This document shows positions 9,923 through 17,875 of a stretch of 64,000 bases of DNA, in pieces. The DNA comes from an uncultured Eubacteriales bacterium (lineage in GTDB: Bacteria; Bacillota; Clostridia; Oscillospirales; CAG-272). Under the pieces are notes generated by a model. That model was not told where the DNA came from. It made no database searches and saw only the letters and a program-made list of their open reading frames with translations. The position numbers and the translations under genes are program-made. Location: positions 39,417-103,416 of the forward strand of contig CAJLXA010000001.1 in NCBI GenBank assembly GCA_905210485.1. Reading direction: 5' to 3'. Every line of letters begins with the position of its first letter. The first letter of the stretch is position 1.

Positions 9923-10110
9923 TGATCGGATAGCGAATACGGAATACCCCGCCGCCCCGTTTATCGGAACCGGCCAAAAGAGCGCCGCGCCGACCGATAA
10001 CAAGCCCGCACGTCGCCCGTTTTGCATAACGGTTGCGGGAAAAAGCGGCATATTGTCGGAAAGCGTGCCGAAATCCCGTTTTCGTCCGGCACAACTTGTC
10101 ATGTATTCCT

Positions 10111-10138
10111 ATTATATCATATTTTTATCTTTTGTAAA
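10111..10138 (-). promoter_or_regulatory. sigma-A-type promoter of mtaB-glyQS
   Basis: Minus strand: TTTACA (10138-10133), 16 nt, TATAAT (10116-10111). Confidence 0.55.
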
Positions 10139-10226
10139 GAGTATTTGCGCGAAAAGCGCGGAAAATGCTTGACTTTTTGCCGAAATGCGACTATCATTAA
10201 CATAAACGAACCGGGGAGGCCGAAGC

Positions 10227-10766
10227 ATGAAACTCTTTTCTCATTTCCGCACGATCACGAGGCACCGCCATGCCGTTATCCGTCATGCACGGCGCGCGGG
10301 TATTCTGTGGCAGGGTCTCTTTCACGATCTCTCCAAATACAGTCCGACGGAATTCTTTGCGGGCGTGCGCTATTACGAAGACGGCAAACGCAGTCCGAAC
10401 GAGAAAGAACGCGAAGTCAGGGGGTATTCCTCCGCGTGGCTGCATCATAAGGGGCGCAACAAGCACCACTTTGAATACTGGAACGATATCAATATGACAA
10501 CGCACCGCTATGAGCCGGTGAAAATGCCGCTCCGTTATCTTGCGGAGATGTTCTGCGACCGCGTCGCGGCCAGCAAAATCTATCAGGGGAAAAATTATAC
10601 CGACCGGCACCCCCTCGACTACTTCATCCGCGGTGAAGCCGGAAAAAAGATGCACCCGGAGACCGCGGCGCATCTGCAATACTGGCTCGTTATGCTGGCG
10701 GAAGAGGGCGAAGACGCCGTTTTCCGCCGTATCCGCGAGGAAATAAAAAACAAACGGGAATACTGA
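10227..10766 (+). CDS. DUF5662 family protein
   Basis: RHRHAVIRHARRAGILWQGLFHDLSKYSPTEF...WLHHKGRNKHHFEYW matches my memory of DUF5662 proteins. TTGACT-17-TATCAT lies upstream. Confidence 0.6.
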   Translation: MKLFSHFRTITRHRHAVIRHARRAGILWQGLFHDLSKYSPTEFFAGVRYYEDGKRSPNEKEREVRGYSSAWLHHKGRNKHHFEYWNDINMTTHRYEPVKMPLRYLAEMFCDRVAASKIYQGKNYTDRHPLDYFIRGEAGKKMHPETAAHLQYWLVMLAEEGEDAVFRRIREEIKNKREY

Positions 10767-10828
10767 CCTCATTTCCCCGGAAATACAATAGAAGAGATGC
10801 ATGCGCATCTCTTCTTTTCTATTCTTTA

Positions 10829-12331
10829 TCAGATCTGTTTATTGGCCGTCTTCAGCATAACGTCATGGGCGCCGCCCTCTACGATGCTGACCGAGGAAAC
10901 GAGGGTCAGTTTGGCCTTCGCCTGCAATTCGGGAATGGTCAGAGCGCCGCAGTTACACATGGTAGAACGCACCTTGGCGAGCGATTGCTGTACATTATCC
11001 GAAAGTTTGCCCGCATACGGAATGTACGAATCGACGCCCTCTTCGAACGAAAGTTTGGCACTGCCGCCGAGATCGTAACGCTGCCAGTTGCGCGCACGGC
11101 TCGAACCTTCGCCCCAGTATTCTTTCATCAACGTGCCGTTCACGTTGACTTTGGCCGAGGGCGATTCGTCAAAACGGGCGAAATAACGGCCGAGCATGAC
11201 AAAATCCGCGCCCATGGCAAGCGCCAGCGTGATGTGATGGTCATGAACAATGCCGCCGTCCGAACATACGGGAACATAGATGCCGGTTTCCTTGAAATAC
11301 TCATCGCGTGCATGGCAGACCTCAATCAGCGCCGTGGCCTGTCCGCGGCCGATGCCCTTGGTTTCACGCGTGATGCAGATGGAGCCGCCGCCGATGCCCA
11401 CCTTGATGAAATCGGCGCCGCAATCGGCAAGGAAGCGGAAGCCATCTGCGTCCACAACGTTTCCCGCGCCGACCTTGACGGTTTCGCCGTATTTGTCGCG
11501 TACCCATTGAATCGTGCGCTTCTGCCATTCGGAAAAGCCTTCGGAAGAGTCGATGCACAGCACATCGGCACCGGCTTCCACAAGAGCGGGGATACGCTCC
11601 GCATAGTCGCGGGTATTGATACCTGCGCCGACAATATAGCGTTTTTTCGCGTCCAGAAGTTCCAGGGGATTCAGTTTATGCTGGTCGTAATCCTTGCGGA
11701 AAACAAAACACGAAAGCGTTCCGTCTTTACGCACAATCGGAAGAGAATTCAGTTTATGATCCCAGATAATGTCGTTTGCTTCTTTCAGGGTCGTTCCCTC
11801 GGGTGCCGTGACAAGTTTTTCGCGCGAAGTCATGAACGACGAGACTTTTTCATCGGGATTCATGCGGCTGACCCGGTAATCGCGGCTGGTCACAATGCCG
11901 AGCAGTTTTCCGTCCGGCGTGCCGTCTTCCGTAACGGCAACCGTCGAATGTCCCGTCATAGATTTCAGATCCAGCACGTCGGCAAGAGTGGCGTCGGGTC
12001 TTATGTTGGAATCGCTTTTTACAAAACCGGCCTTATAGCCTTTTACGCGTGCGACCATGGCCGCCTCGTCCGCAATCGACTGCGAACCGTAAATAAAGGA
12101 AACGCCGCCCTCGGTTGCGAGCGCAATCGCCAGTTTGTCTCCGGATACCGCCTGCATAATGGCGGACACCATCGGAATATTGAGGCTGATCGCCGGTTCT
12201 TCACCGCTCCGGTAACGGACAAGCGGCGTCTTCAGGGACACGTTCGTCGGAATACATTCCGCCGAAGAATAGCCGGGGACAAGCAGATATTCATTGAATG
12301 TGCGGGACGGTTCGTCGTAAAAATAAGCCAT
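10829..12331 (-). CDS. guaB: IMP dehydrogenase family protein
   Basis: Catalytic loop [19 protein letters not shown] pair in the middle, 500 aa. AAGGAGAG RBS. Confidence 0.85.
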   Translation of the reverse strand: MAYFYDEPSRTFNEYLLVPGYSSAECIPTNVSLKTPLVRYRSGEEPAISLNIPMVSAIMQAVSGDKLAIALATEGGVSFIYGSQSIADEAAMVARVKGYKAGFVKSDSNIRPDATLADVLDLKSMTGHSTVAVTEDGTPDGKLLGIVTSRDYRVSRMNPDEKVSSFMTSREKLVTAPEGTTLKEANDIIWDHKLNSLPIVRKDGTLSCFVFRKDYDQHKLNPLELLDAKKRYIVGAGINTRDYAERIPALVEAGADVLCIDSSEGFSEWQKRTIQWVRDKYGETVKVGAGNVVDADGFRFLADCGADFIKVGIGGGSICITRETKGIGRGQATALIEVCHARDEYFKETGIYVPVCSDGGIVHDHHITLALAMGADFVMLGRYFARFDESPSAKVNVNGTLMKEYWGEGSSRARNWQRYDLGGSAKLSFEEGVDSYIPYAGKLSDNVQQSLAKVRSTMCNCGALTIPELQAKAKLTLVSSVSIVEGGAHDVMLKTANKQI

Positions 12332-12384
12332 ACATTTCTCTCCTTCGCCAACTTCTATATGATTCTTTATAAAATATTTTGTCT

Positions 12385-12413
12385 ATTATAACACCGCCGC
12401 GACAACCTGTCAA
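12385..12413 (-). promoter_or_regulatory. consensus sigma-A promoter of guaB-like gene
   Basis: Minus strand: TTGACA (12413-12408), 17 nt, TATAAT (12390-12385). Confidence 0.65.
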
Positions 12414-12499
12414 GAGACCGTTCGCGCTTTTTCGCAATTTTCGGCAGGATTCCCCTATAAAGAAAACGACCCATGGCGCATGGGTCGTTTTTCCCGGAT

Positions 12500-13303
12500 T
12501 CAGTCCGCCTGTTTTCCGGTCGGTTTTTTCAGCATGCGGAGCCAAAGCCGCGAAAGGATTGCGGACGGCAAAAGTTTGGACAAAAGATGCTGGAACTTCG
12601 TAAAACCGTTCGTCACGCAGTAAAATTTTCCTTTTGACGCATTGCGGACGCATTTTTCCGCCACAGCCGGAGCCGAAAGCAAAGGGGTATATTTTTTCGG
12701 CGTTCTGACACCGTTCTCCGTATTCTCGGCTTTTCCGAGGAACTCGGTCTCCACCCAGCCGGGGCAGAGACAGGTGACATAAACGCCTGCCGCGCGCGCT
12801 TCAAAACGAAGCGCCTTGGCATAATGCAAAACAAAAGCTTTGGTCGACGCATAGATATTGAATCCGGGGAGCGCGGTAAAACAGGAGGCGCTTCCGAGCA
12901 GGATCACATGGCCGCCCTTTTCCATCAAAGGCAAAAAGCGCTGCGTAAGCACAACCGTCGCCTTTACGTTCAGGTCGATCATGTTGGTTACCGTTCTTTC
13001 TTCGACCTGACGGTAATCGCCGAATACGCCGAATCCCGCGGCGCTGACAAACCATCTGATGGAGCCGGCCGCCGTCTTCACGGCGTTGCTCACCGCAGAA
13101 AGTCCCTCCGCGGTCAAAAGATCGGCGGGAACGATCTCCACCTGTTTTGCCCCCTCAGAAAGCAGTTCTTCTTTCAGGGACAACAACCTTTCCGTGCGGC
13201 GGGCAACAATATAAAACACATCGGCTTTTTTCTGTCGGCAAAGGCATTTCGCCAGTTCCATACCAATGCCGGACGACGCTCCCGTGATGACTGCTGTGGC
13301 CAT
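12500..13303 (-). CDS. SDR family oxidoreductase
   Basis: TGASSGIG cofactor motif and YASTK catalytic motif. Start moved to ATG 13303, directly after AAGGAGG. Confidence 0.85.
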   Translation of the reverse strand: MATAVITGASSGIGMELAKCLCRQKKADVFYIVARRTERLLSLKEELLSEGAKQVEIVPADLLTAEGLSAVSNAVKTAAGSIRWFVSAAGFGVFGDYRQVEERTVTNMIDLNVKATVVLTQRFLPLMEKGGHVILLGSASCFTALPGFNIYASTKAFVLHYAKALRFEARAAGVYVTCLCPGWVETEFLGKAENTENGVRTPKKYTPLLSAPAVAEKCVRNASKGKFYCVTNGFTKFQHLLSKLLPSAILSRLWLRMLKKPTGKQAD

Positions 13304-13346
13304 ATAATCCTCCTTAATGTAAACCATACATTACAATTATAAGATT

Positions 13347-14027
13347 TTACTGTATCGTGCTTTGAAATGCGAACGCGCGGCCGAGAATCACAGCCTGACG
13401 TCTTTTGCCGCCCGTCAGAACGATCGGCGCATGTTGCGGATTTTCCGCGATCAGAACGATTTTCTTTTCTTCGGGATAATCATAAAACCGCCGGATATAC
13501 GTCGTGCCTTCGTAAACGACCGCCGCCACGTCGCCGTTACCGACTTCGGCGCGCTCGAAAAACACAATGTCTCCTTTATGGATCCGCGCTCCCGCCATAC
13601 TGTCGTCGGGAATAGTGAAATAAAAGTCCGCCTGCTCGCCGAAGCCGGGAAGTTTTCTCTGCGCCGGAAGCACATCGGCGTATCCGTCAAGAACGGGCGG
13701 CTCCGCGCCGACGGCCACCACGCCGGCAGGATTTTTTCTTTTATCCGCCGTGCCTTCGGTAAAGAACGCAGGCGTGCAAAACTCATCCCCGTCGTAAAGC
13801 GGCTCGGACAACAGCTCCACCGTCTTGTCGGTATAACCCAACAATACCGCCGGCGTTGTTCCGAGGATTTCGGCCAGTTGCTCCAGTTTGTCATGCGGTA
13901 TGGTGGCAATCTGACCGTTTTCATAGCGAAAAACAGTCTGTCGGGACACGCCGAGCTTTGATGCGAGTTCTTCCACCGTATATCCGCAGGTACGGCGCCT
14001 CATTCTGATGTTTTCTCCGAGTTTCAT
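13347..14027 (-). CDS. XRE-family HTH repressor with C-terminal S24 (LexA/CI-like) peptidase domain
   Basis: N-terminal HTH YTVEELASKLGVSRQTVFRYENG. C-terminal S24 fold with Ser motif IPDDSMAG and GDIVFF. The position normally holding the catalytic Lys reads YIRRF (see findings). Confidence 0.85.
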   Translation of the reverse strand: MKLGENIRMRRRTCGYTVEELASKLGVSRQTVFRYENGQIATIPHDKLEQLAEILGTTPAVLLGYTDKTVELLSEPLYDGDEFCTPAFFTEGTADKRKNPAGVVAVGAEPPVLDGYADVLPAQRKLPGFGEQADFYFTIPDDSMAGARIHKGDIVFFERAEVGNGDVAAVVYEGTTYIRRFYDYPEEKKIVLIAENPQHAPIVLTGGKRRQAVILGRAFAFQSTIQ

Positions 14028-14173
14028 AGTCCTCTCCTAACAGAGGGGGAGAGATGCAAAAACGATCGGCGACCGGCCGTCCGTGGAAATTTCACAATGC
14101 CCCGAACCGTTTTTTATATTCCGTCTCCCTCTTTTCGGCACCGCTTTGACCGTGTGCCGTTTCATTGTATAAT

Positions 14174-14202
14174 ATTGTACCACTTCGTCACAAAAATTGC
14201 AA
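14174..14202 (-). promoter_or_regulatory. putative promoter of the XRE/S24 repressor
   Basis: Minus strand: TTGCAA (14202-14197), 17 nt, TACAAT (14179-14174) preceded by TGG. The -35 overlaps a GCAACA half-site. Confidence 0.5.
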
Positions 14203-14224
14203 CAGATTTTATAAAAAAATATTT

Positions 14225-14245
14225 TTGTTGCGTAAAATGCAACAA
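14225..14245. promoter_or_regulatory. operator palindrome O1
   Basis: TTGTTGCGTA-A-AATGCAACAA, an 8/10 inverted repeat abutting the -35 of the rightward promoter. Confidence 0.6.
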
Positions 14246-14250
14246 ATCTA

Positions 14251-14279
14251 TTGACAAACGACAAAATTCGCGTTATACT
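14251..14279 (+). promoter_or_regulatory. rightward sigma-A promoter of the two small genes
   Basis: TTGACA (14251-14256), 17 nt, TATACT (14274-14279). Confidence 0.6.
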
Positions 14280-14336
14280 TGTTCACGTCGGAAATATTAT
14301 CCTGTCCCGGAACTTGTTTCCGGATTATTTTTCGCC

Positions 14337-14365
14337 TTGTTTGTTGCATATTATGCAACAAACAA
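14337..14365. promoter_or_regulatory. operator palindrome O2 (29-bp perfect palindrome)
   Basis: TTGTTTGTTGCATA-T-TATGCAACAAACAA, with 14-bp perfect arms and the same GCAACA core as O1. It lies in the transcribed leader about 60 nt after the -10. Confidence 0.65.
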
Positions 14366-14487
14366 AATCGGTAAGAGGGATGAAGTAACCCGTTACGTTA
14401 CGTTTTTGAACGGTACCGCAAAAGCTTAGCGCACGAAATTTCCGACAAAATCATACTCATATACAGAACTATGGAGGAACAAAATAT

Positions 14488-14826
14488 ATGTATCACTATC
14501 AACCCACCGCATATACCGAAGAACCGACGCTGTGGCGCGACGCCGAAGACGTCCGCGAGGAACTTTCGCTTCTGCATGTCGCCCTCACGCATGCCAGAAC
14601 GCGTCTTGACGCACTGTATGCCTGCCGCGATGCCGTTCTGACCCACGCGGAAGAGGAAACGGAGGAAAAAGGAGCGGCCGCAGAGACTGTTGACAGCCTG
14701 CTGTGCGGCATTGAAGAAGCAGAGAGCGAAATCGACGGACTGCGCGAAGACATAAGCGATCTGAAAAACGAACTGGAGGACAGTCTTTACATGATCCGTG
14801 CCGGAAGGGAGGAGAGCGCACTGTGA
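14488..14826 (+). CDS. hypothetical acidic helical protein
   Basis: GGAGG RBS 10 nt upstream. 112 aa, very Glu/Asp-rich and predicted helical. No family recognised. Confidence 0.55.
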   Translation: MYHYQPTAYTEEPTLWRDAEDVREELSLLHVALTHARTRLDALYACRDAVLTHAEEETEEKGAAAETVDSLLCGIEEAESEIDGLREDISDLKNELEDSLYMIRAGREESAL

Positions 14827-15146
14827 AAAAGAATACCGTTATTCTTCCGCTCGACGTTGCACGCACCGTCGCTTCCCTCTGCAACGACTATGATCGCCGC
14901 GTTCACGAACTTGCTCTCCGCAAAAAGCCGGAAGCCGTTCTGAAACACTATGCTTATCTCAACGCCGCCATCGACGACGCTCTTGCCGAGGTGTGTGAAG
15001 AAAGCATACGCGAACCTATGCGGCGGGACATCGGCCTTATGCGCGGCCATCGCATGTCGCCGATCTATTATATATCGGAAAAGACTTATAAACTGCGCAA
15101 GCGCAACGCCAAATTACGTATCGCCGAAAAACTGCATCTGTTTTGA
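14823..15146 (+). CDS. hypothetical protein with C-terminal HTH-like segment
   Basis: GTG start overlapping the upstream stop (GTGA). The basic C-terminus YYISEKTYKLRKRNAKLRIAEKL resembles sigma region-4 or phage-activator-type HTH. Confidence 0.5.
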   Translation: MKKNTVILPLDVARTVASLCNDYDRRVHELALRKKPEAVLKHYAYLNAAIDDALAEVCEESIREPMRRDIGLMRGHRMSPIYYISEKTYKLRKRNAKLRIAEKLHLF

Positions 15147-15178
15147 CGACGCTTTTTCGCAAAATATGCGGCGCCCTA

Positions 15179-15207
15179 TTGACAAACGGTGAAAGAAATG
15201 TTAAAAT
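15179..15207 (+). promoter_or_regulatory. sigma-A-type promoter of oadB leader
   Basis: TTGACA (15179-15184), 17 nt, TAAAAT (15202-15207). Confidence 0.55.
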
Positions 15208-15216
15208 TCTTTTGCT

Positions 15217-15305
15217 TCAAGAGGGAGTAGTCGGCGATTTGCGTTATAAACGGCGTCATGACGGCCTTATCGGCTCGCTGTTATATTAAATGACAAGACT
15301 CTTAT
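15217..15305 (+). promoter_or_regulatory. candidate riboswitch aptamer (yybP-ykoY-like core) in oadB leader
   Basis: 5' AAGAG-GGAGTAG (15219-15230) and 3' CAAGA-CTCTT (15294-15303) mirror the AAAGG-GGAGUAG ... CAAGA-CCUUU arrangement I recall for Mn2+ riboswitches, with P1 covarying. The internal helices are weak. Confidence 0.3.
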
Positions 15306-15347
15306 TGCATACCTGTGCGGTGTGTGATAAGAGTCTCTTGTTTTTTC
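15293..15347 (+). terminator. leader (attenuator) intrinsic terminator upstream of oadB
   Basis: ACAAGACTCTTAT / ATAAGAGTCTCTTGT stem (13 bp, one bulge) followed by TTTTTT. It lies 48 nt before the oadB ATG. Confidence 0.7.
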
Positions 15348-15394
15348 GTATATTCCGCCGCTTTTCCCGTAATAATGACAAAAAGGAGTATTCT

Positions 15395-16504
15395 ATGGAT
15401 TTTTTCTCATTTCTTTACCAGAATGTCGCGGAGAATTTTGACCCACGTATGATCGCCATGTGGGCTATCGGCGGTCTCCTCATTTTCCTTGCCATCAAAA
15501 AGGATATGGAGCCGACCCTTCTTCTGCCGATGGGCTTCGGCGTTATCCTCGTCAACCTGCCGCTTTCGGGCGTCATCGGCGAAGAGGGGGCATTGCAGAT
15601 CCTTTACAATGCCGGCATAGCCAATGAACTTTTCCCGCTCATTCTTTTCATCGGCGTCGGCGCCATGATCGACTTCGGCCCAATCCTTTCCAATCCGAAA
15701 CTCATGCTGTTCGGCGCGGCCGCGCAGTTCGGTATCTTCTTCACGCTCTGCACGGCCTCCATGTTCTTCCCGTTGAAAGACGCCGCTTCCATCGCCACCA
15801 TCGGCGCGGCAGACGGCCCGACCGCCATCGTCGTTGCGCAGATGCTGAATTCGCAATACCTCGGCGCCATCATGGTTGCTGCCTATTCTTATATGGCGCT
15901 GGTGCCGATCGTACAGCCTCCCGTCATCAAACTTCTGACAACAAAGAAAGAGCGTCTGATCCGTATGCCGTACAGACCGCAGAGTGTCTCCAAACTGACG
16001 CGTATTCTGTTTCCGATCGTCATCACCGTCATCGCCGGCCTCGTCTCTCCGAATTCCGTTGCGCTTGTCGGTTTCCTGATGTTCGGCAACCTTCTCCGTG
16101 AATGCGGCGTTCTGAACGCCCTGTCCGAAACGGCGCAGAAAGTCCTTGCCAATCTCGTTACCATCTTCCTCGGTATCACGATCGCCACGCAGATGGTTTA
16201 CGATAAATTCCTGCAACCCGCAACGCTTCTGATTCTCGGACTCGGCCTTGTGGCGTTCATCTTCGACACTGCGGGCGGCGTTCTGTTTGCCAAATTCCTG
16301 AACCTCTTCCTGAAAGAAAAAATGAATCCCATGATCGGCGCGGCCGGCATTTCCGCTTTCCCGATGTCGGGCAGAGTGGTGCACAAAATGGGACTTGCGG
16401 AAGATAATCAGAATTTTCTTCTCATGCATTCCATGGGCGTCAATGTGTCGGGGCAGATTGCCTCGGTCATCGCGGGCGGCCTGATTCTCAATTTCTTTAT
16501 GTAA
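15395..16504 (+). CDS. oadB: sodium ion-translocating decarboxylase subunit beta
   Basis: MDFFSFLYQNV...MWAIGGLLIFLAIKKDMEPTLLLPMGFGVILVNLP is typical of OadB/GcdB/MmdB. AAAAGGAG RBS. The track ORF start (15290) would run through the terminator. Confidence 0.9.
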   Translation: MDFFSFLYQNVAENFDPRMIAMWAIGGLLIFLAIKKDMEPTLLLPMGFGVILVNLPLSGVIGEEGALQILYNAGIANELFPLILFIGVGAMIDFGPILSNPKLMLFGAAAQFGIFFTLCTASMFFPLKDAASIATIGAADGPTAIVVAQMLNSQYLGAIMVAAYSYMALVPIVQPPVIKLLTTKKERLIRMPYRPQSVSKLTRILFPIVITVIAGLVSPNSVALVGFLMFGNLLRECGVLNALSETAQKVLANLVTIFLGITIATQMVYDKFLQPATLLILGLGLVAFIFDTAGGVLFAKFLNLFLKEKMNPMIGAAGISAFPMSGRVVHKMGLAEDNQNFLLMHSMGVNVSGQIASVIAGGLILNFFM

Positions 16505-16522
16505 AGCGGAAAGGAGTACTGT

Positions 16523-16672
16523 ATGCCGTTACTGAATTTTGACGCCGGTCAGTTTGTCAAAAACCTCCCGTATCTCGGAAAAGGTATGCTCGGTATTTTC
16601 GTTGTGATCGGCCTCATCATCGCCGTCACCGCCCTCCTCAATACCGTTACAAACAAGCTGAACAAAAAATGA
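16523..16672 (+). CDS. OadG-like small membrane subunit (49 aa, below ORF-track cutoff)
   Basis: AAGGAG RBS. MPLLNFDAGQFVKNLPYLGKGMLGIFVVIGLIIAVTALLNTVTNKLNKK, single TM as in decarboxylase gamma chains. Confidence 0.65.
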   Translation: MPLLNFDAGQFVKNLPYLGKGMLGIFVVIGLIIAVTALLNTVTNKLNKK

Positions 16673-16676
16673 AAAA

Positions 16677-16706
16677 ACGCCCGGCGACACATCGTCGGGC
16701 GTTTTC
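16677..16706 (+). terminator. intrinsic terminator after oadB-oadG
   Basis: ACGCCCG...CGGGCGT stem followed by TTTT. Confidence 0.65.
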
Positions 16707-16802
16707 GCATAGTACCATTTATGACAACTATACTTCACAAAGAAAGCGCTTTTTAATTCATTTATTTTATACGGTCACTGACCGGGAAACGGAGAAAAAG
16801 CA

Positions 16803-17639
16803 ATGAGACAATGTGGACTTTCGAGAAACGATCAACTGACGGAACAGGATTTTTCCGAAATGCATGACGCCGGCATCGGCATTATGGAACTGTCGCCGCG
16901 GCAGAACGAAGCGTATGACTTCCTGGATTTCGACCGCTATACCGCGCTCTCCGAAAAATACGCGGTGCGTATCCGCAGTTTTCATCTGCGCTTCGTCCCT
17001 TTTGAAACGCTGGATATTTCCGCCGTCGACGAAGAAGCAAGGACAAAAGCCGTAACATATCAGAAAAACAGCATGACGCTCGCGGCTGCGGCAGGCATCC
17101 GCCTGTTTGTCATTCATCCGAGCGGCGAACCCATCGCGGACGGTGAACGCCGTCTCCGTATGGAAGCGGCCAAGCGTTCGCTCGCCGCGTTGGCGGAACA
17201 TGCCGCGCGCCTCGGCGCCACCGTTGCCGTCGAAGATCTGCCGCGCACCTGCCTCGGTCGTTCCTCGGACGAAATTCTGGAACTGATCGGCGTTGATGAA
17301 CGGCTTCGCGTATGCTTTGACACCAATCACCTTCTGGGCGAGGATCCCTGCGACTTTGCGCGTAAAGTCGGGAAGAAGATTGTGACAACGCACGTATCCG
17401 ATTACGATTTTGTCGACGAACGTCATTGGCTTCCGGGCGAAGGACGGATTGATTGGGTACGGCTCATTGACACGTTGGATGAAATCGGCTATGACGGCCC
17501 TCTCGTATACGAACTCGGCCTGAAAGCCCCCGCCACCATTTCCCGCCCGCGCGATCTTAACGCTTTTGATTTTGCGGAAAATTGCGTCGCTCTCGAAAAA
17601 AGGCTGAAACCGACCGTTATCGGGAAACCGCTTGTGTAA
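16803..17639 (+). CDS. sugar phosphate isomerase/epimerase (xylose isomerase-like TIM barrel)
   Basis: AP_endonuc_2-type pattern: FVIHPSG, VAVEDLPRT, CFDTNHLL, THVSDYD. Confidence 0.75.
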   Translation: MRQCGLSRNDQLTEQDFSEMHDAGIGIMELSPRQNEAYDFLDFDRYTALSEKYAVRIRSFHLRFVPFETLDISAVDEEARTKAVTYQKNSMTLAAAAGIRLFVIHPSGEPIADGERRLRMEAAKRSLAALAEHAARLGATVAVEDLPRTCLGRSSDEILELIGVDERLRVCFDTNHLLGEDPCDFARKVGKKIVTTHVSDYDFVDERHWLPGEGRIDWVRLIDTLDEIGYDGPLVYELGLKAPATISRPRDLNAFDFAENCVALEKRLKPTVIGKPLV

Positions 17640-17793
17640 TCCTCTCCATCGGGAAAGCGCGCGACCGCAGAAATCTGACGACTGCGCTTCGGCCGGAATC
17701 CTCTATTCTGAGGGAACAACCGTTGATAAAACCGACAGAGAAAGATACCTGATTCACCGCTCTCCGCCACGCGGCGATTAAGAGAGACGACGC

Positions 17794-17834
17794 AAAAAAG
17801 GGATATACGGACAAATGTCCGTATATCCCTTTTC
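17794..17834. terminator. bidirectional intrinsic terminator
   Basis: 13-bp perfect stem GGGATATACGGAC / GTCCGTATATCCC, flanked by A-run and T-run. Confidence 0.8.
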
Positions 17835-17875
17835 CTTATCGGAGATATGGTTTTTAAGTTCCGCCCGCTTTCCGG

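Noticed and set aside
9923-10102. 60-codon N-terminal extension of the mtaB ORF, which would be nearly leaderless from the promoter at 10111-10138
   Set aside because: The extension shows no MtaB/MiaB homology, and the conserved domain starts just after ATG 9922. A leaderless long form cannot be excluded without data.
10865-12391. 508-aa plus-strand ORF opposite the IMP dehydrogenase gene
   Set aside because: It is a shadow ORF. The opposite strand encodes a full-length protein with the catalytic [12 protein letters not shown] loop, whereas this frame is Arg/Gly/Ala-rich with no recognisable motif or RBS.

The same reasoning rejects these long antisense ORFs: 7415-8542, 5637-6401, 15407-16429, 20172-21047, 25807-26808, 31733-32581, 34929-35666, 36702-37457, 47095-47922, 48128-48940, 50567-51673 and 59345-60157.
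12332-12413. Possible purine riboswitch upstream of the guaB-like gene
   Set aside because: The UTR after the consensus promoter is about 55 nt and lacks the conserved three-way-junction sequences.
15290-15394. N-terminal 35-codon extension of the oadB ORF given in the track
   Set aside because: It would be translated through a 13-bp terminator hairpin and has no RBS. ATG 15395 has AAAAGGAG upstream and begins the conserved OadB N-terminus.
13347-17639. Prophage or integrative element attached to the XRE/S24 repressor
   Set aside because: No integrase, excisionase, replication, packaging, structural or lysis genes lie on either side. The flanking genes are SDR/IMPDH and oadB.
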